Shown here: in pieces, positions 63,127 through 64,000 of the stretch
Layout: every line of letters begins with the position of its first letter
How positions within the stretch are numbered: position 1 is the stretch's first letter
Assembly: GCA_965242925.1 (NCBI GenBank)
Contig: CBDEUM010000004.1
Coordinates: 79,031 to 143,030 of the forward strand
Reading direction: 5' to 3'
Origin: Roseibacillus sp.
Lineage (GTDB): Bacteria; Verrucomicrobiota; Verrucomicrobiia; Verrucomicrobiales; Akkermansiaceae
DNA: 64,000 nt
The notes under the pieces: generated by a model
Databases searched by the model: none
The model's input: the letters and a program-made list of their open reading frames with translations, nothing else
What the model was told of the DNA's origin: nothing
Position numbers and translations under genes: made by a program

Positions 63127-63375
63127 ATGGAATTGACCCTACGGGAGATCGCCAGTTGCTATGAGATGAGCCCACCCGCGCTTCTTCGATACCGGCAGAG
63201 GGGCGTTGATCTGATGGACCCGCAGGCAGTGGTGGATTCGATGGTGCGGGGTGATCGACCCTCGCCGGTCTGCGATCAGATCCGTGGGCGGTTGACCCCC
63301 ATCAGGCGGGAGTTGACGAAAGCCGTGATGCGGAAGGGTGGAGATCCAGAGGTATTCGGCCTGGACCGGATCTAG
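63127..63375 (+). CDS. Small HTH protein, divergent and apparently paralogous
   Basis: TLREIASCYEMSPPALLRYRQRGVDL.DP pattern. Confidence 0.55.
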   Translation: MELTLREIASCYEMSPPALLRYRQRGVDLMDPQAVVDSMVRGDRPSPVCDQIRGRLTPIRRELTKAVMRKGGDPEVFGLDRI

Positions 63376-63376
63376 T

Positions 63377-63491
63377 GATCAAAACCCCACTTTTGGGGCT
63401 TTGCTCGGGCCGTGGTTTGAAAGGGCAAAAATGACCTTTCATGATGCCGGGGATCAAAAGGCCGAAATCGGACCTTTGCTCGGGCCGGGGT
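63377..63491. repeat. Array A: three imperfect 24-bp palindromes at a 37-38 bp period
   Basis: Palindromes at 63380-63403, 63418-63441 and 63455-63478 with GCCG(G/T)GG linkers. Confidence 0.75.
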
Positions 63492-63510
63492 CAGCGCACG
63501 CATCGCGCAC

Positions 63511-63749
63511 GCTCAAATGTTTCACGCGTGAAACATTTAGGACGTCCCTCTCGGAGAAGATGCGCACGCCTCGTCTATGCTCAGATGTATCGTCGACGAT
63601 ACATCTAGGACGGCCCTCTCGGAGTATATGCGCATGTATCACGCACGCTCAAATGTTTCCCCGGGGAAACATTTAGGACGTCCCTCTCGGAGAAGATTTC
63701 GCACGCCTCGAGCACGCTCAAATGTAACACGCGTGTTACATTTAGGACG
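63511..63749. repeat. Array B: four perfect, sequence-variable 24-bp palindromes at a 68-69 bp period
   Basis: Palindromes at 63515-38, 63583-606, 63651-74 and 63720-43, each flanked by GCTC and AGGACG. Confidence 0.95.
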
Positions 63750-63892
63750 GGCCGGGGTTTAAAGGTCATATTTATTACTTTTTCCGACTCCGGGGGATGC
63801 TCTACCACGGCAGGAAAAAAGAAGCCCGAGGTCCAGGACGAAAAAAGGGGTGTCAAAATGACACCTCAAAAACAGCAGACAAAATAGCGGAA

Positions 63893-64000
63893 GAGAAGTG
63901 GTCCCCACAATGGGGACCACTTGGAGAAGAGAAGTGGGGGCAACAATTGCCTCCACTTGCAGGAGAGAAGTGCGGGCCACAATGACCCGCACTTGGAGAC
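63893..64000. repeat. Array C: 36-bp units GAGAAGTG-N6-ACAAT-N6'-CACTTG-N5, at least three, reaching the window edge
   Basis: Units start at 63893, 63929 and 63965; N6 and N6' are complementary. Confidence 0.92.

Larger units (their letters stand above)
61713..64000. mobile_element. Left end of a putative tRNA-integrated element (phage satellite or island); continues beyond the window
   Basis: Abrupt switch after the tRNA to short orphan ORFs, direct repeats near the tRNA, divergent HTH genes and palindrome arrays; no integrase in the window. Confidence 0.65.

Noticed and set aside
63511..63749. Integron attC sites
   Set aside because: No RYYYAAC...GTTRRRY ends, no extrahelical bases and no cassette ORFs between sites.
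63338..63992. Short ORFs overlapping the arrays on both strands
   Set aside because: They overlap each other, shift frame with the 68-bp period or hit stops, and are best explained as by-products of the repeats.
63377..64000. CRISPR array
   Set aside because: The variable parts are self-complementary and related to each other, the constant parts are degenerate, and there are no cas genes in the window.
63893..64000. Canonical TIGR array
   Set aside because: The 36-bp period fits, but the variable segments are 6 nt and mutually complementary, box C/D-like motifs are absent, and no Nop-domain gene is visible. Not fully excluded because the window ends here.

Overview
High-GC bacterial chromosome segment. 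The gene content suggests a marine Verrucomicrobiales organism (inference from the multiple GspE/PilB paralogues, GYF_2 proteins, EF-hand protein, sulfatase and formylglycine-generating enzyme). Bases 1-61.6 kb are mostly core genes: a glucosylglycerate-type compatible-solute cluster, hisA, ribE, trxB, metG, nadD, scpA, metF, aspS, hisS, trhO, phoH-pgpH-ybeY, two T2SS/T4P clusters, msrA, dsbD, pyrD, hemW, a squalene synthase, a subtilase and a sulfatase. This part also has a PpiD/SurA-like gene broken by two compensating frameshifts around a 20 x 12-bp repeat, and a candidate structured ncRNA at about 21.54-21.67 kb. A tRNA-Ile2(CAT) at 61640-61712 is followed by an apparently integrated element that runs off the window end. 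It carries small orphan genes, a divergent pair of HTH genes, and an unusual non-coding tract (63377-64000) made of three different arrays of sequence-variable palindromes. One array has four perfect 24-bp palindromes at a 68-69 bp period and another has hairpin units at a 36-bp period. This tract is the most novel-looking feature. All product calls come from motif recognition by eye; no database searches were run.
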